Shown: positions 1-11,560, numbered from the stretch's first letter. The stretch: 21,020 bases of DNA from Octopus sinensis (GCF_006345805.1 NW_021823846.1:1-21020), one strand, 5' to 3'. Notes: generated by a model not told the origin, from the letters alone. Translations and numbers: made by a program.

Positions 1-92
1 ACATCGGTGAAGGCAAAAGAAAAGAAAGCAAATAAGAAAAACAAAATAAAAAGATACCAGAAAAGAAAAATATCTATGTATACACCTATACG

Positions 93-124
<32 letters not shown>

Positions 125-472
125 TGTATGTATGTATGTATGTATGTATGTATGTATGTATGTATGTATGTATGCATGTATGTATGCATGTATGTATGCA
201 TGCATATGTAAGTACATATAAACATGTATATATGCATATATATATATGTATATGCATATATATATACATACGTACATATACATATATACATATGCATATA
301 TAAATACATATATATATACATATATACATACATATATATATATATACATGCATCTAGGTATGCATATACATGTATGTATATATATGTGTATATGATACAA
401 CATATGTATATGTGTGTGTATATACACATATATATGCGTGTGTGTGTGTTAATTTTTGTGCACGCGTGTGTG
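93..472. repeat. (TATG)n microsatellite grading into degenerate TA/CA/TG low-complexity sequence
   Basis: Perfect TATG run from about 95 to 174, followed by degenerate tatac/tatg repeats. It explains the MYVC/HTYI ORFs. Confidence 0.95.
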
Positions 473-2511
473 TCTACAGAGAAGTAGAAGAACTAAGCTT
501 ACTGTCTCCAAAAATTTCTCTGCTTATTTGCCTCTAGCTTTCTGTTTCTATTGATCATTCTGTCAGTCTATCTACATATCTATCTACCTATCTACCTATC
601 TATCAGTCTATCTATCCATTCATTCATATTATTTCCTTCCTTCTATTTGTTTCATTCCTTTTATCCCAAAATCTTCCTTTTTCTTCAATATCATTGTTAT
701 TTCATGTAATTGTTATTGGCATTTACTTCTAGCCCCCATCACTCAATACTTATTTCACCACCACACCTATCATCTTATTTCAATACAAACTATTCTTCAC
801 CCATACACTCTAATGCTATCTCAATTGGAGTGGTAGAACACATATCACTCTATTATTTTTTCGATGTTACATTTTCCTCCTTTCCTCTTATTTTGTTTTT
901 TGTATTTCTCTTCTTTCAATCACAATTTTTCTATCTTGCTCACAAAATAGCGTCATGTGTTCCACTGTCTTTCCCCTTCCTTCAATTTATATACAATGGC
1001 CTTGATGCTAAACGCCTACTGTACCACATACTCCACCAACCCATAATATCTCGGCCCTTCTCCGTCACTCCCCACTGATCATTTTGTTTTCAACCTCTGA
1101 ACTCATCAATTTAGCACGTTGGTTGTTTATATTTGAGACCAAGAGTCGCAATAAATGGCCAATAGCGACAGAGCATGCCTTATAATCTCTGCCATTACAC
1201 TCACTGCAAGAAACTTAATCATTTCCCCAGCAAAAATGTGTCTAGAATGAAACGACTAGATTATGTGTAAACATTTGAAGACAACACTTCATTTTATGTC
1301 AACATCTATGTTAACAGATACCCTCGCTACTTGCAGAAATATCATGGTGTGTTTGTGTGATAAGCTGAAGACACGACAGTCTACAGCTGTCCACCAAACA
1401 GAAACAGAATTGAAAATGATGAATTTTTAGATTAATTACAGAGCAGATTTGTCGCTGATTGCAGTTAGCTTACTTCAAAGTAAACACTGGCCGAATAGAG
1501 TGACAGCTCCATATGAGGACAGCTACAATGCTGAAAAATACACGGGAAAACGGAAAAACGAAGCAAGACATCAGCTATCGACGATATGTCAGCTTATTTA
1601 GCCGTGGAAAGTAATTGATTAGAGACATTCGCGAATGTTTCTTAATTAAAAATTTTCTGACAGTTCATAATATCTCGCGTTATTTAGTTTCATGCACGCA
1701 CATATCTGGATTTTCGGAAAATTGACAGGAATTCTTTCACCATGTCAGATTCTAAAAGTAGTGCATCATAAACTTGGATTCCACACGCCTACCTGCTCTT
1801 TGGCCAGTGTCAAACACAACCCTATTTTTAATGCGTAAAAGGCGCTCAGAAGCATACATATTTATACAAATGTTTATATAACTGCACTTGTATGTGTGTC
1901 TGTATAAATGTATATGCATGATTAAATACTCAAAGGTATATATTTAATTTTCTGTATGTCTCTGCGTATGTGTATGTGTGCATGACAGCATGTATGAATT
2001 CGTGTAAATGAGTGTTGGTTCGCGTATACATATGTGATTTGGGATGCGTATTAGCTGACGTTTACACGTATATCGTTATTATGAAAGAGAACGCGTTGTT
2101 GTGTGCTTGTAAATGTGTTCCTATGTTCTCATACACGTTAGAAACGAACGAGAGGCAATTTTTAATATATTTACTTGTTTTTGCTCTTGCATACATATTA
2201 ACATTTATATTAATTTTAAATTCTATAGAGACAAGTTGGAATGAAATAAAAGACAAAAGGTTCCGAGGTGAAATGAGACGTCCAACTCCTGTTGAACTCT
2301 GGAGAATGTGCAGATAATAGAGATTAATTTCTTTTGTGCTTTAATTACGGACGTTCTCACTACACAGACGAATTCATTTCCACAAAAGTTTCAAACATAT
2401 AAATTCGGTGGAAGATTCTTTTTTGAGAAAAGATATTTGTGACAATTTCATAAAGGCACACAATTTGAACAGTTAGCGTACATTATCTTAGTATACATCC
2501 ATCACATCCAT

Positions 2512-2526
2512 ATGTGTGTGTAGTGT

Positions 2527-2566
<40 letters not shown>

Positions 2567-2598
2567 GGTTTAGATATAATCGCTTATATATATATATG

Positions 2599-2656
<58 letters not shown>
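2512..2656. repeat. Compound (TG)n/(TA)n microsatellite
   Basis: Two TG runs separated by a 28-bp unique core and a TA run. Confidence 0.95.
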
Positions 2657-2659
<3 letters not shown>

Positions 2660-2759
2660 AAACGAGATTCCGTAAAGGGTAGATAGAGAGTCCAGTGGAG
2701 AAGTTCGTGTGTGGTAAAAAATGACAGGATCAACATGTGCGACTACGTGAGCGTGTGAT

Positions 2760-3042
2760 ATATAGGGAGAGTTTACGAAAAAAAAAAGATGAAAACAGGT
2801 GGTGTACAAAACAAACAGATGTATTAGTATAACGCTCAGGAATAGAAAAAGTATTTTACGTTTCGAGCCTACGCTCTTCTACAGAAAGGGACACAGAAAA
2901 AAACAAGAAGAGAAACAAGGAGAGGAAAAAAATGTAGGCTCGAAGCGTAAAAGACTTTTTCTATTCCTGAGCGTTATACTAATACATCTGTTTGTTTTGT
3001 ACACTACCTGTCTACGTCTTTTGTTTTATTCGTAAACTCCCC

Positions 3043-3046
<4 letters not shown>
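2760..3046. mobile_element. Inverted-repeat non-autonomous element, probable Penelope-like pseudo-LTR pair (family A)
   Basis: The arm at 2760-2872 (tatagggagagtttacg...acgtttcgagcctac) is the reverse complement of 2934-3046 (gtaggctcgaagcgt...cgtaaactcccctata) with some mismatches. Both ends abut TA repeats. A homologous copy lies at 15841-16023. Confidence 0.7.
2853..2888 (-). ncRNA. Non-canonical minimal type I hammerhead-like motif
   Basis: The minus strand reads CTTT CTGTAGA A GAGC GTAG GCTC GAAAC GTA AAAT: stem I, a CUGnnGA-like core with U at A6 and an extra A after A9, stem II GAGC/GCTC, then GAAAC-GUA with a palindromic ACGT stem III. Confidence 0.4.
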
Positions 3047-3073
<27 letters not shown>

Positions 3074-3228
3074 GTATATATATATATGTATATATATATA
3101 TGTATATATATATATGTATATATATATATGTATATATATATATGTGTGTGTGTGTGTGCGTGTGGTTTAGATATAATCGCTTATATATATATATATATAT
3201 ACATATATATATACTTACACACACACAC
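3043..3228. repeat. Degenerate (TA)n/(TG)n/(CA)n microsatellite
   Basis: Visible simple repeats. It contains the second copy of the 28-bp core at 3158-3185. Confidence 0.9.
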
Positions 3229-3483
3229 GTCAATCAATGAAATTTCAACTGATTTTCATGTTTTATTATTCGAAATTTTTACGATTTTGCAATATTGAAA
3301 CAAACTAGTACTTTCGTGCATTACGCAGTCATCAGGTTTACCTAGTGACAGTCGTGTTCCACAACTGACAACTGTAATGGAATGGCTGGATTTATCTTTT
3401 AAATATCCCCCGATGGACTCAGCAGGCTGAATCTTACGAACTGTATTTTGATCAATCAGTATGTGGCTTAGATTTCACGGTTT

Positions 3484-3576
3484 GGTCAACTTTGCCATTC
3501 GTCCTTTCAGAGTCGATAAAATAAACATCGGTTGAGCTCTAGGGTCGATGTAATCGACTTACCCGCACCCCTGAAA
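3484..3576 (+). mobile_element. tRNA-SINE family 1 fragment (central Deu/Nin-like domain); duplicated at 4518-4610
   Basis: ggtcaactttgccattcgtcctttcagagtcgataaaataa...gggtcgatgtaatcgactt matches the body of the full copy at 5690-5903. Confidence 0.75.
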
Positions 3577-3594
3577 GGAGATTACAAGGACACA

Positions 3595-3705
3595 TAAGGC
3601 GGCAAACTGGCAGAATCGTTAGCACGCCGAACAAATTGTTTTGCAGAATTTACTCCGTCTTTAAGTTCTGAATCCAAAATCTGAGGTCAGCTTTGCCTTT
3701 CATCC
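3595..3705 (+). mobile_element. tRNA-SINE family 1 head fragment; duplicated at 4629-4739
   Basis: taaggcggcaaactggcagaatcgttagcacg (A box) ... gttctgaatccaaa (decayed B box) ... ctttgcctttcatcc. Confidence 0.8.
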
Positions 3706-4478
3706 ACATCAGTATAGTAATTACCTTGGTATAGTAATTACCCTTGTGATAGGGTTGGCGGGTTCGAGTTCTCCTTCATTTCGGTCTTGCACAACGTGAC
3801 ATGATTATTGAGAACTGGGATCCCTGTTTGAGATACTAGAAACTAGACGAAAAGAGAGAGAGAATAAGAGAGTAATAAAAAGAAAGAAAGAGAGCAAAAG
3901 TGATAGAGAGGGCTCTATTGTAGATTAGTGGTGTTCATTTGCGGTAAAGAAATCCTTATTTATTTACTGCTGCCGTTGCTGGTGATACTTTGGCCAACGT
4001 CTACACTCCGACAATCAGCAAAAAACACCAACTAGTGATATTTTTTATTGGTATTGTTACTTACGTTGATCTTTTTGTTATGGCTACTCTTACACAGATT
4101 GTTATATATTTCTTTTCTTTTCGTGTTGTGGAATTTTCAAAACAAGACGCCTTAAATGTATTATAAGATAATGTAATAATCTGATTTTCCATTCCCTCAC
4201 ACATATTTTGTGGAGTTTCTTGTTCCCTACTGACCGATGCTTACACGTCTTTCATTATTGAGCCATGATACTAAAATCCATGTACACCCAGCCAGACTCT
4301 TTACTAGCTCTTGAAATCTTTTCCACTGTCATTCTTTTTGTTACCGCTGTTGTCATTGGTATTATTGTTGACAGTCTCACTATTGTCGCTGGGGCAGCTG
4401 TAGTTGCTGTTACAGTCATTATCAAATTTTTGCACCTCTTTTATCGATCTTCTTAGTACTGTCAAAATTGATCATGTA

Positions 4479-5514
4479 ATTTTGATCAATCAGTATGTGG
4501 CTTAGATTTCACGGTTTGGTCAACTTTGCCATTCGTCCTTTCAGAGTCGATAAAATAAACATCGTTTGAGCTCTAGGGTCGATGTAATCGACTTACCCGC
4601 ACTCCTGAAACGAGATTACAGGGACACATAAGGCGGCAAACTGGCAGAATCGTTAGCACGCCGGACAAATTGTTTTGCAGAATTTATTTCGTCTTTAAGT
4701 TCTGAATCCAAATTCCGAGGTCAGCTTTGCCTTTCATCCACATCAGTATAGTAATTACCTTGGTATAGTAATTACCCTTGTGATAGGGTTGGCGGGTTCG
4801 AGTTCTCCTTCATTTCAGTCTTGCACAACGTGACATTATTGAGAACTGGGATCCCTGTTTACGATACTAGAAACTAGACGAAAAGAGAGAGAGAATAAGA
4901 GAGTAATAAAAAGAAAGAAAGAGAGCAAAAGTGATAGAGAGGGCTCTATTGTAGATTAGTGGTGTTCATTTGCGGTAAAGAAATCCTTATTTATTTACTG
5001 CTGCCGTTGCTGGTGATACTTTGGCCAACGTCTACACTCCGACAATCATCAAAAAACACCAACCCAACTAGTGATATTTTTTATTGGTATTGTTACTTAC
5101 GTTGATCTTTTTGTTATGGCTACTCTTACACTGATTGTTGGATATTTCTTTTCTTTTCGTGTTGTGGAATTTTCAAGACAAGACGCCTTAAATGTATTGT
5201 AAGATAATGTAATAATCTGATTTTCCATTTCCTCACACATATTTTGTGGAGTTTCTTGTTCCCTACTGACCAATACTTACACGTCTTTCATTTTTCAGCC
5301 ATGATATTGAAATCCATGTACAGCCAACCAGATTCTTTACTAGCTCTTGAAATCTTTTCCACTGTCATTCTTTTTGTTTCCGCTGTTGTCATTGGTATTA
5401 TTGTTGACAGTCTCACTATTGTCGCTGGGGCAGCTGTAGTTGCTCTTACAGTCATTATCAGATTTTTGCACCTCTTTTATCGATCTTCTTAGTACTGTCA
5501 AAATTGATCATGTA
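4479..5514 (+). repeat. Tandem duplication, copy 2
   Basis: It ends ...gtcaaaattgatcatgta at 5514, as copy 1 does at 4478. Confidence 0.95.
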
Positions 5515-5689
5515 AATACAACTGCCGGTGTCGCTATGAATATATCGGAATTATTTCTTCTACTTGGCTAGTGTTCTTAATACTCGAGATTTATATTTTC
5601 TCTTAATTTTTTTGTGAAGTCGTAAGCTGACTACTGCTGTGATGGGAATTTGCGCCTGATAGTCCACTGTCACCAGAATACATATATTA

Positions 5690-5903
5690 GTTTCAAATGT
5701 TGGCACAAGGCTAGCAAGTTCGGAGGAGAGATCAAGTTGATTATATCGACCCCAGTACGTAACTGGTACTTATTCTATCGACTCCGAAAGAATGAAAGGT
5801 AAAGTCGACTTCGGCTGAATTTGAACTCAGAACGAGAAGACGGACGGAATTCCGCTAAGCATTTTGCTCAGCGTGCTAACGATTCTGCCAGCTAGCAGCC
5901 TTA
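5690..5903 (-). mobile_element. Full-length tRNA-derived SINE (family 1) with 11-bp target-site duplication
   Basis: On the minus strand: A box TGGCAGAATCG, B box GAGTTCAAATTC, and a Deu/Nin-like core CCTTTCATTCTTTCGGAGTCGATAGAATAAGTACC. It is flanked by ATACATATATT at 5678-5688 and 5908-5918. Confidence 0.85.
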
Positions 5904-6145
5904 AAACATACATATATTGAAATGAACTTTTAAAACTGAAAAACAACGCAAATATTTTTTTAAACCTCCTCTTGTATAATAAGCTGGATATGTGCCTGTA
6001 AAACTTCCCTCTCTCTGTGATTCAATAACAATACTGCAACAAACAAATTTAACTTTCATTTGATATAAACATTTATTTTAACAAGTCAAACGGCAACTGC
6101 TACAAGACAAACCTTTAGATGGTAATTTTGAAAATAGCAACAACA

Positions 6146-6204
6146 TTGTTATTATTATTATTATCATCATCATCATCATCATCATCATCATATCATCATC
6201 ATCA

Positions 6205-6253
<49 letters not shown>
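6146..6253. repeat. Compound (ATT)n(CAT)n(ATT)n microsatellite; 3' tail or target of the Dong-like element
   Basis: Trinucleotide runs directly abut the 3' UTR of the RLE element. Confidence 0.95.
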
Positions 6254-6254
<1 letters not shown>

Positions 6255-7100
6255 TAAGACGTCGCACAGTATCCGATATCGTGATGTTGTTGATTGAAGA
6301 TATTGTGTGTACCGGGGGGTTGCATAGTCTATCAAGTCACAATAAGGACCTCAGACAGACAGTACTTTACGTAATAAGCGTGCAGTTCCAAGTAATGCCG
6401 GTTTTTGCAATAGTAGGGTAGTTCTAAAGTTTCCAGGTGTTTCTTTTCAGGTTGGGTGGTATTGAATCCTATGTTCCAATGACAATAGGGACCAACCTTC
6501 AAGTTTGACTCTCGTAGTTGCCATATCTTAGGAATCTCAGTTCTCAGGTCTCCGTATTTGACAATCTTTTCTCTTTCTTTCATGATAATATGTTGATCTC
6601 CTGGCATTGCTACGTTGATTATTAAGTACTCTTGTTTGTCCCTCTTAAAGGTTACTATATCCGGCCTTCGGTGTTCTAACACTTGTCTGTCTGGAAGTGA
6701 AAGTGCCAGAGGATTTTGCATTCTTCTTTTAGTCGATTACCTTTTCAGAGGTATGTTGGTACCAAGCACCCGTTACCTCATATCCGTACTTCCGGCATAG
6801 TAGCCAGTGAAGGTTTTGGGCTACCTTATCGTGTCTGCACTTGCATTCTTGCTGCGCAACACTTTCACAAGCACTAACAATGTGAGTCGCGCTTTCGACC
6901 CATTTCCCACACATTCTGCAGAGGTTCGTTGCTATTGCTTGGTATATATTCCTTTGCACTGAGTTGGTATTTAATGCCTGATCCTGGGCAGTGATGATTA
7001 GGCTTTCAGTATTATTCTTAGATCACTCTCGCTGAGCCACTTCCATGATGCTTCCTGGTCTTTTAATTTGTTAGTTTCACGGTGGAACTGACCATGTAAT
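6254..7100 (-). mobile_element. 3' part of an R4/Dong-clade RLE non-LTR retrotransposon (pseudogenised)
   Basis: Across frames the minus strand encodes LHGQFHR...SWKWL, AQDQALNT, the zinc knuckle CRMCGKWVESATHIVSAC, RHDKVA, the restriction-like endonuclease RRPDIV...INVAMP...KEREKIVKY, and C-terminal LQKPALLGTARLLRKVLSV* (stop at 6351-6353). A 3' UTR of about 100 bp and (AAT)n follow. Frameshifts and stops are present. Confidence 0.9.
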
Positions 7101-7240
7101 TCAAATCGACTTTGCTTTTCATCCTTTCGAGGTCGATTAAATAAGAACCAGTTGCGCACTGGGGTTCGATGTAATTGATTTATCCCTTCCCCTGAACTTG
7201 CTGGCCTTGCACCAAAATTTGAAACCTTTATCATTATTAT
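7101..7240 (+). mobile_element. 5'-truncated tRNA-SINE family 1 with ATT-rich tail
   Basis: tcgactttgcttttcatcctttcgaggtcgattaaataagaaccagttgcgcactgggg...ggccttgcaccaaaatttgaaacc matches the copy at 5690-5903. Confidence 0.85.
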
Positions 7241-7304
7241 TTTTTTTTTCTATTAATAATAATAATTTTTAATAATAATAATAATAATAATAGTATTAAA
7301 ATAA

Positions 7305-7789
7305 TCCCCCAGACCAGATGGTGTCCAGGACTTCTGGTTCAAAAATCTCCCTGTTATACAGTTATATACGGACGTTTTATTATTTTTTTTATTTTTGTTT
7401 TTGTTTTTTAATATTGAATGCATAGCTAATGGAACACCAGCATGGATAGCAAAAGGAAGGACAATTTTGATGCAGAAGGATAAAGAAAAGATAGGGGAAG
7501 TCGGCAATTATAGATCTATTACTTGTTTACCATTACACTGGAAGCTATTAACTGGCTTCATGGCAGATGAAGCATATAATTTCCTGGAAAAGGAGAATCT
7601 ATTGCCAGAGGAGCAAAAAGGATATAGGAAGAAATCAAGAAATATAGATAGTAGAATATTAAACTAGGTACGAGTAAGGAAAAATAATTTAGATGTTGGA
7701 TGGATAGATTACAGGAAAGCTTACAACGATGTCCAACACAGCTGGCTCTTGGAGTACCTGCTAAAGCTTGGCGTCAATGAGAAGATGAA
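7305..7789 (+). pseudogene. Reverse transcriptase N-terminal fragment (domains about 0-3) of an R4/Dong-type retrotransposon
   Basis: SPRPDGVQDFWFKNL; TPAWIAKGRTILMQKDK...NYRSITCLPLHWKLLTG...LLPEEQKGYRK; KNNLDVGWIDYRKAYNDVQHSWL. It is disrupted by a stop, deletions and a T-rich insert. Confidence 0.9.
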
Positions 7790-9387
7790 CAACATATATC
7801 ATTCTCATCAAAGAGGCCTGGTAGGGTCGCCTGTTTAGTCTTCGACGCCCCGACTATGCGACATATTATACAAGCGTATATACACGCGCACGCACACATA
7901 CATTCATACGTACATATATGTATATACATATTGTGGTTGCTAGAACGTCGCTTAGAGTGCATTGTAGTGTTTATTCAAACTCTCTGTGCTCCAAACTTCA
8001 TAAATATATACCTTTTCCAGGATAGTAGATTGACGAAATTAATAGAGCATTGAAAAGAACTCCTCGTGGTATCAGTTCCCCACCCAGGAAACAATATTAA
8101 TATTCTCTTTAAATAAAAAAATAATCTATGCAGTCACAATGCAAACAAAATGATTTTGCTGTTTAAACTCACCCAGGGGAACCATGAGGGAACTGGCCAA
8201 TAACATAAAGTCGTTCCAACAATGATCATATAGTTCTTTCGTACATCTAGAACGTCATAGTGAAATAATTTATCCATCTTTTTTTTTTTCCTTTTTTGAG
8301 ACAAAGCATGATTTAAGGAAATTTAACTGTTCTTTCAAGCAGAACAAATAACCACTTAGTGAACGAGATGATGTGTTGTTTATTATGTAAGTTATAATAA
8401 AGATATCATCGATAAAATTTAGAACCGACTACTAAGAAATAAAATGGATTTACCTTTATTTATAATAATGTTTATGTATGCCCTTTTCTCCGAAATAAAG
8501 TGATGTGCAATATTGTTATTAGTTATAAAATCGGAGAGCTGCTTCTGCCAATACAAGAAATCTAAAGGAACTTCAGTTTATTCTCCAATTATCATTGTTC
8601 GTGGTTCTGACTCAAAACAATACCATTTGTTTAGATGACATCTTTTCTTTTATTTCTATCGAGTTTTGTACTTAAACGTTTTCTCACAGAATGCAAATGT
8701 CCGATTTTTTCTATAGCAATTTTTCTCCCTTAGCAATGCTATTGTATTTTGTGACTAGATGAGTGATAACAGAATTTGTATTTTTGTCATTTTCAAGACT
8801 AATCGACTCCAATATTTATATTTTCTTCAACCATTTGCATTTCTTTTATTCAAGCGAGAAAACTTCTGATAGTATTTGTTTAGTCACACACAAAATAATT
8901 TCCGAGAGTATACCGCGCAAAAAGAATTGCTCAATCTTTATCTCTTTAAAGATTAGTGAACTGGTTAAATTTTGTGATTTGGCACAGGTTACTTTGAATA
9001 ATAGTCTTTTAATATTGCTCGACCACAACTGTTGGCAGGCTGATGCCATTCAACCAATAAAATTGTATGTCTTTTCTCTTTTCTCCGCACATTTATCTCT
9101 TACACTTCTAGTATTCCTTACCAATTCTTTCTTGTTCTTTTAGTTTTGCCTCGTCAATAATTTCACTCATTAATATATTATACTGTCTTTCTCACAGTTC
9201 TACACACTATAATCTTTAAGAGTTCGTTCTCTTTTAGCATTGTCCTTTTCCTATATATATTACAACAAACATATTTCTTGGCAAATATCAATACATCTCA
9301 TATCAACTGGCATAGATTTTATAGTCAAAATCTCTTATAAACACTTTTTACGGCAGATATTATACGTGTGAGTATTTGTTTGGGATA

Positions 9388-9479
9388 GGGTGTGAATGTA
9401 TGTGCGTGTGTGTGGTGTGTGTGTGTGTGTGTGCGTATGATATATGCATAAGTGAATATAAGTGATATATGTATATGTG

Positions 9480-9513
<34 letters not shown>

Positions 9514-9662
9514 GTGTGTGTGGTGTGTGTATGTGTGTGTGTGTGTGTGTATGCATGTTACGTTTTTAGGTATACATATATATATTATATAAACCATATA
9601 TATGAGTATTATATATATATGTATACATACATATATATGTGCGTATGTTTATATATATATGT

Positions 9663-9746
<84 letters not shown>

Positions 9747-9912
9747 TATGTATGTAATATATGTATGTATGCATCTGTCTGTCTCTATTTCATCTCTGTT
9801 TACATACACACACACATTCATGCATACATACATACATACATACATACATACATACATACATACATACATACATACATACATACATACATACATACATAAA
9901 TACATACATACG

Positions 9913-9941
<29 letters not shown>
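9388..9941. repeat. Compound (TG)n/(TA)n/(TATG)n/(TACA)n microsatellite block
   Basis: Visible simple repeats. Confidence 0.95.
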
Positions 9942-9943
<2 letters not shown>

Positions 9944-10250
9944 TCTGAATATATTAAAGATTGGGTTTACGGTAAAAACCTGCGCTGAGAACCAATTCTA
10001 CCTCCGAAACTTACTCTCAACTCAGCACTGTGCGAAAAGAAATTGTAGAATGAAATATGGACCAAAGGAAATAAGCTCCAGGGAATCTGTGCATTGTTGC
10101 TGGCGTGAAGGTAAATATTGACATGAACAATAAACCAACAAATAACGTAATTTATAGAATATAAATTTATTTATAGAATATCAAGATTTTGCTAAAACAA
10201 TATCTCACAGACCATATATATCTTTGAATGATTTACAAGAAATAAATTCT

Positions 10251-10867
10251 ATGGCGCCGACGAGTGGTAAGAAAGAAGTTTGCTTCACAACCATATGGTT
10301 CCGAGTTCAGTCTCCCTGCATGGCACCTCGGTCTAGTGTCTTCTACTAACTATAGCCCCAGGCCGGCCAAAGCTTTGTGAGTGGATTTGGTTGACTGAAA
10401 CTGGAAGCTGAAAGCACGTAGTGTATATGTGTATGTATGTATGCATGTATGTATGTATGTATGTATGTATGTATGTATGAATGTATGTATGTATGTATGT
10501 ATGTATATATGTATGTATGTATGAATGTATGTATGTATGAATGTATGTATGTATGTATGAATGTATGTATGTATGAATGTATGTATGTATGTATGTATGT
10601 ATGTATGTATGTATGTATGTGTTAGTATCTGTGTGTATAGATATATGTTTTTTGCGCATGCGTGTTTGTCTCCCACCACTGTTTGTCAGGCAATGTTGAT
10701 TTGTTTTCAACCCCTTGGTTTGGCAGTTCAACACTAGAGGTCGATATATTGAGTACTGAGCTTTAAGAAACATAAATACTGGTTCCGATTTGTTCGAATA
10801 AAACCCTTCAAGTCAGTGCCTCTGCATGGCAGCAGTCCAATGATTAAAACCAGTAAAAGATAAAAGA
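10251..10867 (+). mobile_element. tRNA-derived SINE family 2 (CORE-like motif) with an expanded internal (TATG)n
   Basis: Head gagtggtaag...ggttccgagttcagtc, then ggcacctcggtctagtgtcttctac, internal TATG array at about 10423-10620, and tail gtgcctctgcatggcagcagtccaatgattaaaac...aaaaga. It is homologous to the minus-strand copies at 15034-15349 and 15612-16183. Confidence 0.8.
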
Positions 10868-11348
10868 TATGGAATGGTGTCCAGAATTTATAAAACAAGT
10901 ATTAAAACGATAATTACACTGCAGTGCAAAACTTTTACATGCAAAAATAATTTCTCTTGTAAAAACGACAGATATTTCAGAAGAAACGAATAACTAAATG
11001 ACATACATGTACTTGGTTATATTTGTATGGAACTAAAAGAAATGCAAGCTTTGTTGTAATCTGTTCTAAGATAGGCGCTGCGAACTATATCATAAAGTAC
11101 GGATTTGTTTATGTGAACTCAAAACAATACACCTATAAATAATTGATAATAAAATAATCCTTTTCACTTCCAACTTTAATGCTATATCATCTGGAGAAAT
11201 GAACACATGAACAAAGACTCACCTGATATCCATGAATATTACTAATTGTATAGTAATCATCCTAGGAATGCGGATTACGGTCATAAATACATGTGATTTT
11301 GGAAACGGGCGTAGTGATACATTAAAATATTTATATATTCCATCCTTG

Positions 11349-11377
11349 GATTATTAACATTATTATTATTATTTTTA

Positions 11378-11432
<55 letters not shown>

Positions 11433-11476
11433 CATTATTATTATTTATTTTTTTTTTTATTATCATTATTATTATT
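11349..11476. repeat. (ATT)n microsatellite
   Basis: Visible trinucleotide repeat. Confidence 0.95.
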
Positions 11477-11556
11477 ACTACTACATTTATTCTACATTAT
11501 ATCGGCACAACTCGGTACGATTCCATAAAGTTGCTGTTGCAAGTTGGAATCACTAG

Positions 11557-11560
11557 TATG

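Larger units (their letters stand above)
3445..4478 (+). repeat. Tandem duplication, copy 1 (1,034-bp period)
   Basis: attttgatcaatcagtatgtggc... at 3445 recurs at 4479. The copies align throughout with scattered substitutions and small indels. Confidence 0.95.

Noticed and set aside
7-487. ORFs rich in [12 protein letters not shown] (also near 3000, 9300-10000, 10330-10770 and 16200-20200)
   Set aside because: They are translations of stop-free microsatellites and show no protein features.
710-1078. 122-aa ORF
   Set aside because: It has a non-ATG start, a pyrimidine-rich low-complexity composition and no recognisable homology.
4265-5492. Twin hydrophobic 63-aa and 82-aa ORFs resembling small membrane proteins
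   Set aside because: They are paired only because of the tandem duplication. Their hydrophobicity follows from T-rich sequence, and no family or splice context is recognisable.
5690-5903. Possible tRNA genes (A and B boxes here and at 10251, 16183 and 21020)
   Set aside because: No cloverleaf is evident, and they are dispersed SINE heads with bodies and tails.
6078-6421. Poly-N/D/M and poly-S/H/Y ORFs
   Set aside because: They are trinucleotide microsatellite artefacts.
6998-7234. 78-aa minus-strand ORF as a single gene
   Set aside because: It is a chance read-through from antisense SINE sequence into the Dong fragment.
8560-9320. Strand-biased segment with 126-aa and 67-aa ORFs, perhaps an ancient coding relic
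   Set aside because: There are many stops in the purine-rich frames and no recognisable motif.
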